A DNA stretch of 64,000 nt from an uncultured Clostridia bacterium. GTDB lineage: Bacteria > Bacillota > Clostridia > Christensenellales > CAG-917. Location of the stretch: positions 31,754 through 95,753 of the forward strand of contig CANQNC010000003.1 of NCBI GenBank assembly GCA_947625145.1, written 5' to 3'. Below, piece after piece: positions 1-7,859 of this stretch. Positions within the stretch are counted from its first letter, which is position 1, and the number at the start of each line of letters is the position of its first letter. Below the pieces are notes generated by a model, which had not been told where the DNA came from, made no database searches, and was given only the letters and a program-made list of their open reading frames with translations. The translations under genes and the position numbers were made by a program.

Positions 1-181
1 TCGCGCCGAAGTACGTGCCGAAGTCGTCCAAATACTCCGCGGGGCTGTCGAAGCCGAGCACGACGTCCACGGGCTCCCCGTTTTTGTCGGGGACGATCAA
101 CTTCAAAAGTCGCGCTCCGAAGTTGCACACCACCGCCTCGCATTTGCCGTTTGCAAGCCTAAGCGTTTGAAATTTGCTCAT
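1..181 (-). CDS. galM: aldose 1-epimerase (galactose mutarotase), N-terminal part; the gene runs off the left edge
   Basis: Own translation from ATG at 181-179: MSKFQTLRLANGKCEAVVCNFGARLLKLIVPDKNGEPVDVVLGFDSPAEYLDDFGTYFGA. This fits the conserved mutarotase N-terminus (VPDKNG..DVVLGFD....YFGA). A GGAGG RBS sits 8 nt upstream. Confidence 0.6.
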   Translation of the reverse strand, partial: MSKFQTLRLANGKCEAVVCNFGARLLKLIVPDKNGEPVDVVLGFDSPAEYLDDFGTYFGA

Positions 182-199
182 ATCCTCACCTCCTGCAAC

Positions 200-3100
200 T
201 TAGAGTTCGGGATCCGAGTCGTCCTGCAAAATTGCGAGGATGACGTTGATCATGTCGTTGAGCGCGTCCATTTTTGCCAAGTCCATTGCGGCGACGGGGA
301 TGAGATCGCAATGCTGTTTGTAGATCTTGTCCTTGACGGGATTGTACGTCCAACCGTCGCTGATGTGCGCCCTGACCCAACGCTGATGCTCTATGTTTGC
401 GAGGTGCGCCATGCGCAGATGCTTGGGTATCTTGTTGTCCTTAGATTCGGCGGAATATTTCCACTCGTTGGGGCTCTTAAAATTTTGATACGCTTCCTTG
501 ACGGCGCCGAGGTGTCCCGCAAAGATGGACGCGGAGCGGTTGGACTCCTTCGACCACATATCCAGCCCCGCCCAACTGCTTTCGATATGCTCGCTCTTGA
601 AGCATTTGAAGATGACTTCCAAAATGTTTTCGTCGCCGCCTATGTTTTCCTGCAAGTGATCCAACTCTATAAGTTTCATGAAGCTGTCCACCGCCGCCTC
701 GAGATCTTGTTCGGTCTTGGTATCCAAATTCAAAAATCCGATGAGGTCCTTGGTGTTTTGAGTGTTCACGCCGCGCAATGTGTTCAAAATTTGTACGCTT
801 ATGCAACTTATCCAGCCGTTCAGTTTCTCGCCGTTGCCGATCGCGGTCTCGTCGTCGCCGTGTTTGACAATCACGGCGTTCATGGACTTGTACAGGTCGT
901 TTTGCGCGTACATGCGGCCTTCATCCAACGCGCCGTACAGCTTGTTGTACATTTCGTTGAACACGGCTTCTTTTTTGTATTCGAGCACTTCGTCGTAGTT
1001 GAACACGTCCTTTCTGTTGCCCACGATGACTATCTTCAGATTGTTTTTGAGGCTTTCGAATGTGATCGAGCCGTCCATGGCCTTCGAGAGCATGCAATAG
1101 CCGTTGCCGTTCGGGTCCTCGCTGACCTTCAACAGCCCGTTGTTGCGCTCGTCCCAAATGTTGACGATGATCACCTGCTTACGCACAAATCTTTGCGTCT
1201 GCTCGTTGGTGTGCCCAAGCTCGCAACTGATATCCTGAATGACGGCGTTTGCGATCTGTATGTTTCTGAAATCGTCCCCCGTCGCGATCACCATGATGTC
1301 GGGAGACATATAGTTTGCCGCGTCCCGCATAAGCCGCACGGCGTCTATCTCGCCGCTTGCGCCGACCTCTTTCGCTTCGGTCGGCTTGCCAATGCTGTTC
1401 ATCTCCGCGCTGTGCTCTTTGCCCTCTTTGGGCGTTGCGACCGCGCCGTACATGCTGTCCGCGATCGCCTCGTTCAGCCTCGCGCCCGTCGCGGCGTCGA
1501 GCTCCTCGCAGAAGGACGCGTCCGTGCACGACACGTTGTTGAAAACGAATGCGGGGAAGCTCATCTCGCGCTTTGCCGCCGCCACAACGTCCTCTTTCAG
1601 CTTGCCGCCCTCCATAAAATCGGAATTGCGCTTGAGCGAGGACAGATATACATCCATGATCTTCTTCTTTGCGGCCTCCACGGCAAGCGTGATCTCGGCG
1701 TTTCTCTCCAACCTTTCGAGGCATCTGATCCTACGCTCTTTGGAATAGCCGCTCGGAAGATTTGTCACGTATTCGAGCTGAGACTTCTTTACGTCCTCGG
1801 GCAGAGGTTTGACGTCCTCTTTGCCCACGCACACAAACAGCGGATGGGTATAGGCAAACAGCCCCGAAGCGTTTCTTGCGTTCGCGTCGAAAACTTCCAC
1901 TCGCACCTGTTGCGCCTCTCTGTCCGCGTTGAGGTATGCGGATTGCACATACAACTCCTTTGCGATCGCCTGCCCTACCGAGCCGAAGCCGAGAGACCAT
2001 ATCAAAAGGTTGCGGCCGTAGTTGCCGAGATCCGCGTTGCCGTTCGGCTTTTGATCCAAAGATTTCAGCGCGGCGAACCTCGCGATGACGGGAGCGGGCT
2101 CGAAGAGGTTTACGCCCACGTGCCGCTGATATATCTTCTTGGCGTATTTCGCCATTTTTGCCTTTTTGGCGTCTCCCGCCGCGAGGATATGGATGTTTGT
2201 CTCCAACTTTTCCGCGAGCCTGTTGACAAACTCCTCGTTGCGCACGTTGTAGACTTGATAGTTTATGTCCCTCTTTGTCAGGATATAGTATTCTATCCTC
2301 AGTCCGTCGTCCTTGAAGTTGCGCTTGTCGTCCAGCATAAGCCTCACGCCGATGTCGTCGTAGACCGCGCTCTGATTTGCCTCTTCCTTTGTGACGTTGT
2401 TTTTTGCCACGCGCACGCTGCCCGTAGCCTCGTCCGTGATGACGCTGCTTTCCTCCGCAAACGCGAGCACGACAAATCTTTTGACGTTGGTTTCGGGGTC
2501 GAAGTCGGTTTTCTTCCTCTTTCTTTGCAAAGTTCCGTCCTTAAACACCTGCTTGACGTGGGTGATGGAAAAACTCTTCATCTTGATATACAGCTTGTCG
2601 AGAGTGTTGTTGAGCAGGGTCGCAAACGTGCGCGGATCCCTTTGGCACTCCTCCTCGGTCAGCTTCTTTTTGAACACGTAGGCTTTCAGATACAGCTTGA
2701 AAGCGGATATCGCGTCCGCAATGCGCTGTCTAACGCCCGCCTTTTCCGAGCGTGGAGCGCGCTCGTGGATGGCGTTGTGGTTGTTTATCCTCAGTTTTTT
2801 CGCGATGCTCTTGCCGTTTGAGTTGGAATAGGAATAATACAGGAAGCCCGCCGCCATAGCGTCCACGCACAGCTCGTTTTTCTTGTCGAAAGGCTCGAGT
2901 TCTGGCCCCGCAAACACGATGAGCGGTTTGAAATAGTGCTTGTTGGCGTTTTGTTGATACTCCTCTTTTATGGAGTTTGCAAGGGTGAGGCTCTCCTCGT
3001 TCAGCGCGGTGAACACAAAGATATCCTTGTGCCTCTCGCTTCCCAACAGCTTCAGCATTGAATAAAATTCATAGCTCGCGCTTGTGGAGATGATGCTGAC

Positions 3101-3571
3101 AAACAGCAACGCGGTCAGCACGGACGAGCCGTAAAGCAAGGACGCCAGCAACATGCCCTCGGCTTCCCCCACGCCCTCGAAGGTGAGGCCGCCTATCCCG
3201 CCGTACATAGCTTCCAAAAACGCGACGAACCGCGCGTCGAAGTTGTTCTCGAAGCCCGCGGCTTGATAATAGGCGACAAATTTGATGATTATGCTTGCGA
3301 CAAGCGCCGCGCCGATGAAGGCGACTTCCACCGCCCATTTGGAATACGGCTTTTTGCTGCGCACTTTGAAGTACAGCAGCATTATCACAAAATATATCCC
3401 CAAAATGATCGCGATCGCCGCTATGACGGCAAGCGCGGAATCCAAGTGTTTCACAGAGGACAGCGTGTTCAAAACCTGTTCGCCGAACGCCTTGTCCGCA
3501 TGGCCCGCAATCATCAGCGAAAGGCTCAACGCCGCCGACAGCACGCAGACGATCATAAGTGTTGTGATCAT
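200..3571 (-). CDS. large membrane protein of unknown function: channel-like 4-TM N-terminus, RCK/TrkA-N-like Rossmann domains and a C-terminal RyR-like domain
   Basis: 1123-aa ORF starting at ATG 3571 with RBS GGGAGGATGAGG. There are four N-terminal hydrophobic helices, with a Gly-rich segment (FVAFLEAMYGGIGGLTFEGVGEAEG) between helices 3 and 4. Helix 4 is followed by ERHKDIFVFTALNEESLTLANSI, positioned like an RCK domain start. The central Rossmann fold shows LIWSLGFGSVGQAIAKEL..VEVFD..DIMVIATGDDFRNIQIA. The C-terminus LANIEHQRWVRAHISDGWTYNPVKDKIYKQHCDLIPV matches the RyR-repeat core (He.W....GWtYGp.rD...k.HP.L). Confidence 0.85.
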   Translation of the reverse strand: MITTLMIVCVLSAALSLSLMIAGHADKAFGEQVLNTLSSVKHLDSALAVIAAIAIILGIYFVIMLLYFKVRSKKPYSKWAVEVAFIGAALVASIIIKFVAYYQAAGFENNFDARFVAFLEAMYGGIGGLTFEGVGEAEGMLLASLLYGSSVLTALLFVSIISTSASYEFYSMLKLLGSERHKDIFVFTALNEESLTLANSIKEEYQQNANKHYFKPLIVFAGPELEPFDKKNELCVDAMAAGFLYYSYSNSNGKSIAKKLRINNHNAIHERAPRSEKAGVRQRIADAISAFKLYLKAYVFKKKLTEEECQRDPRTFATLLNNTLDKLYIKMKSFSITHVKQVFKDGTLQRKRKKTDFDPETNVKRFVVLAFAEESSVITDEATGSVRVAKNNVTKEEANQSAVYDDIGVRLMLDDKRNFKDDGLRIEYYILTKRDINYQVYNVRNEEFVNRLAEKLETNIHILAAGDAKKAKMAKYAKKIYQRHVGVNLFEPAPVIARFAALKSLDQKPNGNADLGNYGRNLLIWSLGFGSVGQAIAKELYVQSAYLNADREAQQVRVEVFDANARNASGLFAYTHPLFVCVGKEDVKPLPEDVKKSQLEYVTNLPSGYSKERRIRCLERLERNAEITLAVEAAKKKIMDVYLSSLKRNSDFMEGGKLKEDVVAAAKREMSFPAFVFNNVSCTDASFCEELDAATGARLNEAIADSMYGAVATPKEGKEHSAEMNSIGKPTEAKEVGASGEIDAVRLMRDAANYMSPDIMVIATGDDFRNIQIANAVIQDISCELGHTNEQTQRFVRKQVIIVNIWDERNNGLLKVSEDPNGNGYCMLSKAMDGSITFESLKNNLKIVIVGNRKDVFNYDEVLEYKKEAVFNEMYNKLYGALDEGRMYAQNDLYKSMNAVIVKHGDDETAIGNGEKLNGWISCISVQILNTLRGVNTQNTKDLIGFLNLDTKTEQDLEAAVDSFMKLIELDHLQENIGGDENILEVIFKCFKSEHIESSWAGLDMWSKESNRSASIFAGHLGAVKEAYQNFKSPNEWKYSAESKDNKIPKHLRMAHLANIEHQRWVRAHISDGWTYNPVKDKIYKQHCDLIPVAAMDLAKMDALNDMINVILAILQDDSDPEL

Positions 3572-3697
3572 ATCCTCATCCTCCCAAGCAAAATTTTCCT
3601 CGTTTTTGTATCCGTTTTTGTATTGTTGCGTATTTGTTCGATTTGTTGCGTATTTTTTGGTTCACAGCCTTTCAAGGCTTTTCAAGAGGCGTATCCC

Positions 3698-5344
3698 TCA
3701 TCTTTTCACGATCCCGAACCCGTTTCTCAGCACAAGCCACAGCGCGTCGTCCATCAGCTGATAGTCGTACTTTATGACGTCCGTTTCCGCCTCGGTCTTG
3801 CCAAGCCACTCCGCTTTAAGCCGCCTGTAAGTCAAAAGCCCGTCGTAGGTGGTCAGGTTTGCGTGCTTGCGTTCTTTCAGCATTTCCGCCTTGCTTTTGA
3901 GCCTGATATCCTCGATTGACGCGGGAACAAACCCCATGCTCATCATGTAGGCGTTCCACCTGTCGTGCTCCTGCATCGCGAGGATGTTCCGCACCGTCCC
4001 TCGGCGGAAGAGGCAATCGCCGTAATCCACGACGCCCTTGCCGTTAATCATCTCTCCCGTGTACACGATCTCGTCCCCCGCCGCATACGCTCTCGAAAAC
4101 TCCTCGCGTGCGTCGAGGTCGCCCTCTCCTCTTACAAGGTCTAAGCCCATCAGCTGAAACTTCATCTTGAGGCTCAGACACGCATAGACGTTGGAGTCTC
4201 TCTGCGCCTGTTTAGAGGCGCCGTACCAATCCGCGATCGCCTTGCGGAAAAGGGATATCTCCTCGTCCCTGTTCTTCGGCGCCCCCGAATATTCGAGGGA
4301 ATAGCAGAAGTGTCTGTCCTTTGCCATCAGCTCGAAGGAGGAGTTCACGATCCTGTCGAAGCAAAAGCTCTCGTCCTCGAAGCCGAAGCCTATGACCTCG
4401 CCGCATTCTCCCCTCTTCTTCTGCCTTGCAAACACATGGACGTTGCCCTTGCCCTTAAACCTCTTCGCCAGTTCGGAAGCGACGGACAAGTTTTCCTCGT
4501 CCTCGCCCATGTCCACAACGATCATGCAATATCCGCCCAAATCGAGCGCGTCGAGGCTGTTTATATATATCTCCTCCGAGGGCATATCGGGCAGGGGAAG
4601 ATACTCGTCTTTGTGCGCGACAAGCTCGCCGTACATGGCGTTGTAGCGCAAAAAGTATTCCGAATTTGCGCCTTTTTCAGAATGGTTTTTGTCGTATATC
4701 CAATATTTTATGGTCTTTTCCCGCACTTCGCCGTCCACAAGCGTCATAAGCTGACTGTTTGCCACAAGCGCAAGATACAGCTCCTTTTGCCTCTCGCCGA
4801 AGCCCACAAGAGCCACATTTATGTCCGCGTCCTGCCTGACGGTCGCGGTGGAGACGTCAAGCTCTCTCTCCCCCATAAACTCGGTTATGGGATAATTTGC
4901 GATGAAGTCCATGGCGGCAAGCCTAGGCGCGTCTATGGCGTGCAACCTGCCCCCCGTCGCCTCCACAAAAGGCTCGAGCTCCTCGGTGGAGCCCAAAACG
5001 TAGCAATGCAACCCTCTCGGCTCCCTCAAAGACAAATCGCAAGGTTCGGTCTTTGAAGCGCGCTCGGCAAATCGCCTTGCAAACTCGACGTTCAGCCGTT
5101 TGTCGTCAAACACGACGATCAACCTTGTCAGCCTGTCCGAAACCTGTCCGAACAAGTCGAACATGGCGTCCGCGTCCGTGACGTCGGGCACTTCCACGCC
5201 GTTTGCATGCGGACGCGCGGCGTCGCAAAGCAAGATCGCCTTGCCGCGCGAAGAGGAAGCGACCATGGCGGCGTTTTTGTCGCCGATCACAAGATCGAAG
5301 CCGTTTTTTTCGACATATCTCTTCAAATCTTCCCAATCGGTCAT
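3698..5344 (-). CDS. soluble TrkA-N-like Rossmann protein with a C-terminal RyR-like domain (paralog of 200-3571; function unknown)
   Basis: 548-aa ORF starting at ATG 5344 with a GGAG RBS. The Rossmann-like region reads INVALVGFGERQKELYLAL...YCMIVVDMGEDEENLSVASELA. The segment QAQRDSNVYACLSLKMKFQLMGL parallels SKESNRSASIFAGHLGAV in the neighbouring protein. The C-terminus ILAMQEHDRWNAYMMSMGF...KHANLTTYDGL...DVIKYDYQLMDDALWLVLRNGF is RyR-like with an insertion. Confidence 0.8.
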   Translation of the reverse strand: MTDWEDLKRYVEKNGFDLVIGDKNAAMVASSSRGKAILLCDAARPHANGVEVPDVTDADAMFDLFGQVSDRLTRLIVVFDDKRLNVEFARRFAERASKTEPCDLSLREPRGLHCYVLGSTEELEPFVEATGGRLHAIDAPRLAAMDFIANYPITEFMGERELDVSTATVRQDADINVALVGFGERQKELYLALVANSQLMTLVDGEVREKTIKYWIYDKNHSEKGANSEYFLRYNAMYGELVAHKDEYLPLPDMPSEEIYINSLDALDLGGYCMIVVDMGEDEENLSVASELAKRFKGKGNVHVFARQKKRGECGEVIGFGFEDESFCFDRIVNSSFELMAKDRHFCYSLEYSGAPKNRDEEISLFRKAIADWYGASKQAQRDSNVYACLSLKMKFQLMGLDLVRGEGDLDAREEFSRAYAAGDEIVYTGEMINGKGVVDYGDCLFRRGTVRNILAMQEHDRWNAYMMSMGFVPASIEDIRLKSKAEMLKERKHANLTTYDGLLTYRRLKAEWLGKTEAETDVIKYDYQLMDDALWLVLRNGFGIVKR

Positions 5345-5369
5345 ATCAGACTCCTATCCGCAAAAGGCG

Positions 5370-7523
5370 TTACAACAGCCCCATTGCGCGCACGATATAC
5401 ATGATGATGCTTGCAAGGTTCGCCAATCCGAGGAAGGCTACGCCCACGCGCGTCACATACCTCGTTGCAAAGCACAGCGCGATCGCCGAAGCGAAGCCTA
5501 TCGAGGACAGCATCAGCGCAAGCTCGGTCAGCCCCATCGAATACAGCCCCTGCAAGCAACAGCCCGCCGCCGTCAGTGCCAGAAGCCCCGCCGCCAAGAC
5601 GAATTTTCTGCGAAGTTCGTCGGACAGCAAGCACACGATCGCCCCAAACGCGACGGGACAGATCGCCCCTATCGCAAACTGCCATTGATAAATGGACGCG
5701 TCCATGTCGAAGAGCACAGGCATCGCGATCGCAAACGCGAGATGCGCCGCCGCGAGGACGATATAACTCGTCCCGTCCGCCACGCTGAACTCCTTGACGA
5801 CCATGACGCCCGTCGATATCAAATACACCGCCGTCGCGACGCTCATCGCGCAACCTATGGCGGCATAATCCTCGAGATACACCCCCGTCAGCGCGGCGTT
5901 GGCGACCGTGATCGCAAACGCGGAAGCGACGGAAAACGCCTTGTTGTAATTCAGATAGAACAGCGTGTCTATGCTCTTGAACAGCGTAAATCCAAACGTC
6001 GCGCCCGCCGCGCAAAGCAATTGCGTCTCGCAGGAACGAGCGTCGAACACGTCCAATCCCTCCGCGACCGCAAGCATGACGTTTGCCACCGCAAACAAAA
6101 AGTAGTAAACGAAGTTTTCCCTGTGTCTGTACGCGCGTTTGCACGAAAACGCCGCAAACACAGTCGCCATCACGGCGATACACGTGTGGAAAGGCAGTCC
6201 CGCCCAGCCGAAGTCCTGCCCGAAAGCGTACGCCATAAGCCCCGCAAAGGACAGCCCCGACAGCAACATCATGGTTATGTTGGACGCGTCCTCTTTTGTG
6301 GACGGGGACAGCCGCATGCCGTGCACCGCGGTCAGCAATATGCCGATAGTGATCAAGGACAGCGCAATGCCGAACCCTAGATAGAAGAGGGAACGGTCGC
6401 TCGTACTCGTCACCATAAAAACATACGAAAACAGCAATCCCAAACTTCCGAGAATGAAGAATATGCCCGAAACTCCCACAAGCGGAGACCTTACGACAAA
6501 CGCCTTTATGCTTCCGATCAGCGCGAAAAACGCGACCACGACCGAGCAGGATATGCTGATGGACAACAGGTTTGTTGCCGCCACGTTCACGCTTTCGGAC
6601 TCTTCGCCCGAATTGAACAGACCTATCACCGCGCCTAGGCATATCACCGTAAACGCCGCAAAAACGCTGTTCGCGACGCCGAGTTGCAACGCGCCCACCC
6701 TCTTCTTGCCGAGGAAGAGGATGCACACCGAGATCGCGCTCACCACGTACGCGCAAATTATTGACGAATAGCCGAACGCGGTGACGGGATTTGCGCGATA
6801 CTCCAAGCACCTTATGACAAGCACCGCGGTCAGCGCGCTCAAAATCAGCACGAGCGCGACTATCTTCAAAACGTTCAGTGCCCTGCTCGCCCTGTACGAC
6901 AGAGTGCGGGCGGGACGAGATTCTCTCTCCCCTCTTCTCGACTCCGCGGCGGCGCGGCGATCTTCTCTGCGTTCTCTCGCCCTATCGCGCGCTGCCCTGA
7001 ATTCCGCGCCCCGACCTATCCCCGCTCTTCTCGCTCTCCTTGCAAGCCTGACGGGATGGTGGGCGGGCGCTTCCGAAGCCGCGTATGCGGGCGCCGCAGG
7101 CGTGGACTCCGCGTGTGCGGAAGGGGAAGTTGACGTCGCAGAGGCAGTAGGCGCCGCGGGTATGGGAGCCGAGGATGTCGGTTCAAAGTACGTGGCGGCA
7201 GATGCCGCATATGCGGGCGCGGCGGGAGGCGCTATGGGCGCCGCGGACGGCGGGGCAACGGGAGCCACAGGTTCGGGCTCTTCCTCCGCCGCCATATACT
7301 GTTGCCTTTGCAACGCTCTTGCCTCGTCCGCCTCTCTTTGAGCCTCGGCGCGTCTTGCGATCTCCTCTTCTCTCAGCCTTTCTATCTCGCGAAGCGCGGC
7401 GTCGGATTCGGGCATAAGAGAAAAAGACTCGGAAGCGGACAATCTTTCCCTTCCGCCGCAGACCACGCACACCGAATCGGAATCTCGGTTTTCGTTTCCA
7501 CAATTTCTACAAACCCAAGACAT
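5370..7523 (-). CDS. zinc-ribbon protein with a disordered Ala/Pro/Arg-rich linker and a large polytopic membrane domain (unknown function)
   Basis: 717-aa ORF. The N-terminus MSWVCRNCGNENRDSDSVCVVCG is a CxxC..CxxC zinc ribbon. It is followed by a charged coiled segment (EIERLREEEIARRAEAQREADEARA), a PA-rich low-complexity tract and an Arg-rich tract. About 16 hydrophobic helices then run to the C-terminus. Confidence 0.8.
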   Translation of the reverse strand: MSWVCRNCGNENRDSDSVCVVCGGRERLSASESFSLMPESDAALREIERLREEEIARRAEAQREADEARALQRQQYMAAEEEPEPVAPVAPPSAAPIAPPAAPAYAASAATYFEPTSSAPIPAAPTASATSTSPSAHAESTPAAPAYAASEAPAHHPVRLARRARRAGIGRGAEFRAARDRARERREDRRAAAESRRGERESRPARTLSYRASRALNVLKIVALVLILSALTAVLVIRCLEYRANPVTAFGYSSIICAYVVSAISVCILFLGKKRVGALQLGVANSVFAAFTVICLGAVIGLFNSGEESESVNVAATNLLSISISCSVVVAFFALIGSIKAFVVRSPLVGVSGIFFILGSLGLLFSYVFMVTSTSDRSLFYLGFGIALSLITIGILLTAVHGMRLSPSTKEDASNITMMLLSGLSFAGLMAYAFGQDFGWAGLPFHTCIAVMATVFAAFSCKRAYRHRENFVYYFLFAVANVMLAVAEGLDVFDARSCETQLLCAAGATFGFTLFKSIDTLFYLNYNKAFSVASAFAITVANAALTGVYLEDYAAIGCAMSVATAVYLISTGVMVVKEFSVADGTSYIVLAAAHLAFAIAMPVLFDMDASIYQWQFAIGAICPVAFGAIVCLLSDELRRKFVLAAGLLALTAAGCCLQGLYSMGLTELALMLSSIGFASAIALCFATRYVTRVGVAFLGLANLASIIMYIVRAMGLL

Positions 7524-7708
7524 CTGCCTACCTTCGCTTTTGCAACCGAGCGCAAACGGCCAAACCTGCGCATATTTCCATAGAGTCGCAAATCACTTAT
7601 GCGCATATTCGCACGCGTTCCGCTCTCGGACAAGACGTGCGCACATACGCATATATGGCGCATACGCAAACAAAAACGTATGCTTATATATGCTTATATA
7701 TTCGATTT

Positions 7709-7737
7709 ATTTTACAACACCGCGCCGCCTATGTCAA
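7709..7737 (-). promoter_or_regulatory. sigma-70-type promoter for the Zn-ribbon membrane gene and the two RyR-like genes
   Basis: The minus strand reads TTGACA-17 nt-TAAAAT (tgtcaa at 7732-7737, atttta at 7709-7714). This leaves a leader of about 180 nt before the ATG at 7523. Confidence 0.55.
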
Positions 7738-7811
7738 CAGGCAGGAATACGAAACGGCGGAGTTTTTGTCCGCGCAAAGGCGTTTTCGGTCAAGTTGGGA
7801 GTGTTTTTCGC

Positions 7812-7836
7812 AAAGGAAAAGGCGGCGTACGCCGCC
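7812..7836 (-). terminator. rho-independent terminator after the TerD gene
   Basis: The minus strand reads GGCGGCG-TA-CGCCGCC followed by TTTTCCTTT. It lies 24 nt downstream of the stop at 7860. Confidence 0.7.
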
Positions 7837-7859
7837 CTTCCGACATATTATCTCAAAAC

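Noticed and set aside
167-2821. 884-aa plus-strand ORF
   Set aside because: It is antisense to the 1123-aa gene. Its composition (V/L/R/H/F-rich, no motifs) is typical of a shadow frame in GC-rich coding DNA, whereas the minus strand has TM helices, GxGxxG and a RyR-like motif.
5341-6810. 489-aa minus-strand ORF and several Arg-rich ORFs overlapping 5370-7523
   Set aside because: They are alternative frames of the membrane-protein gene with extreme Arg/Gly content. The 717-aa frame has the zinc ribbon and coherent TM helices.
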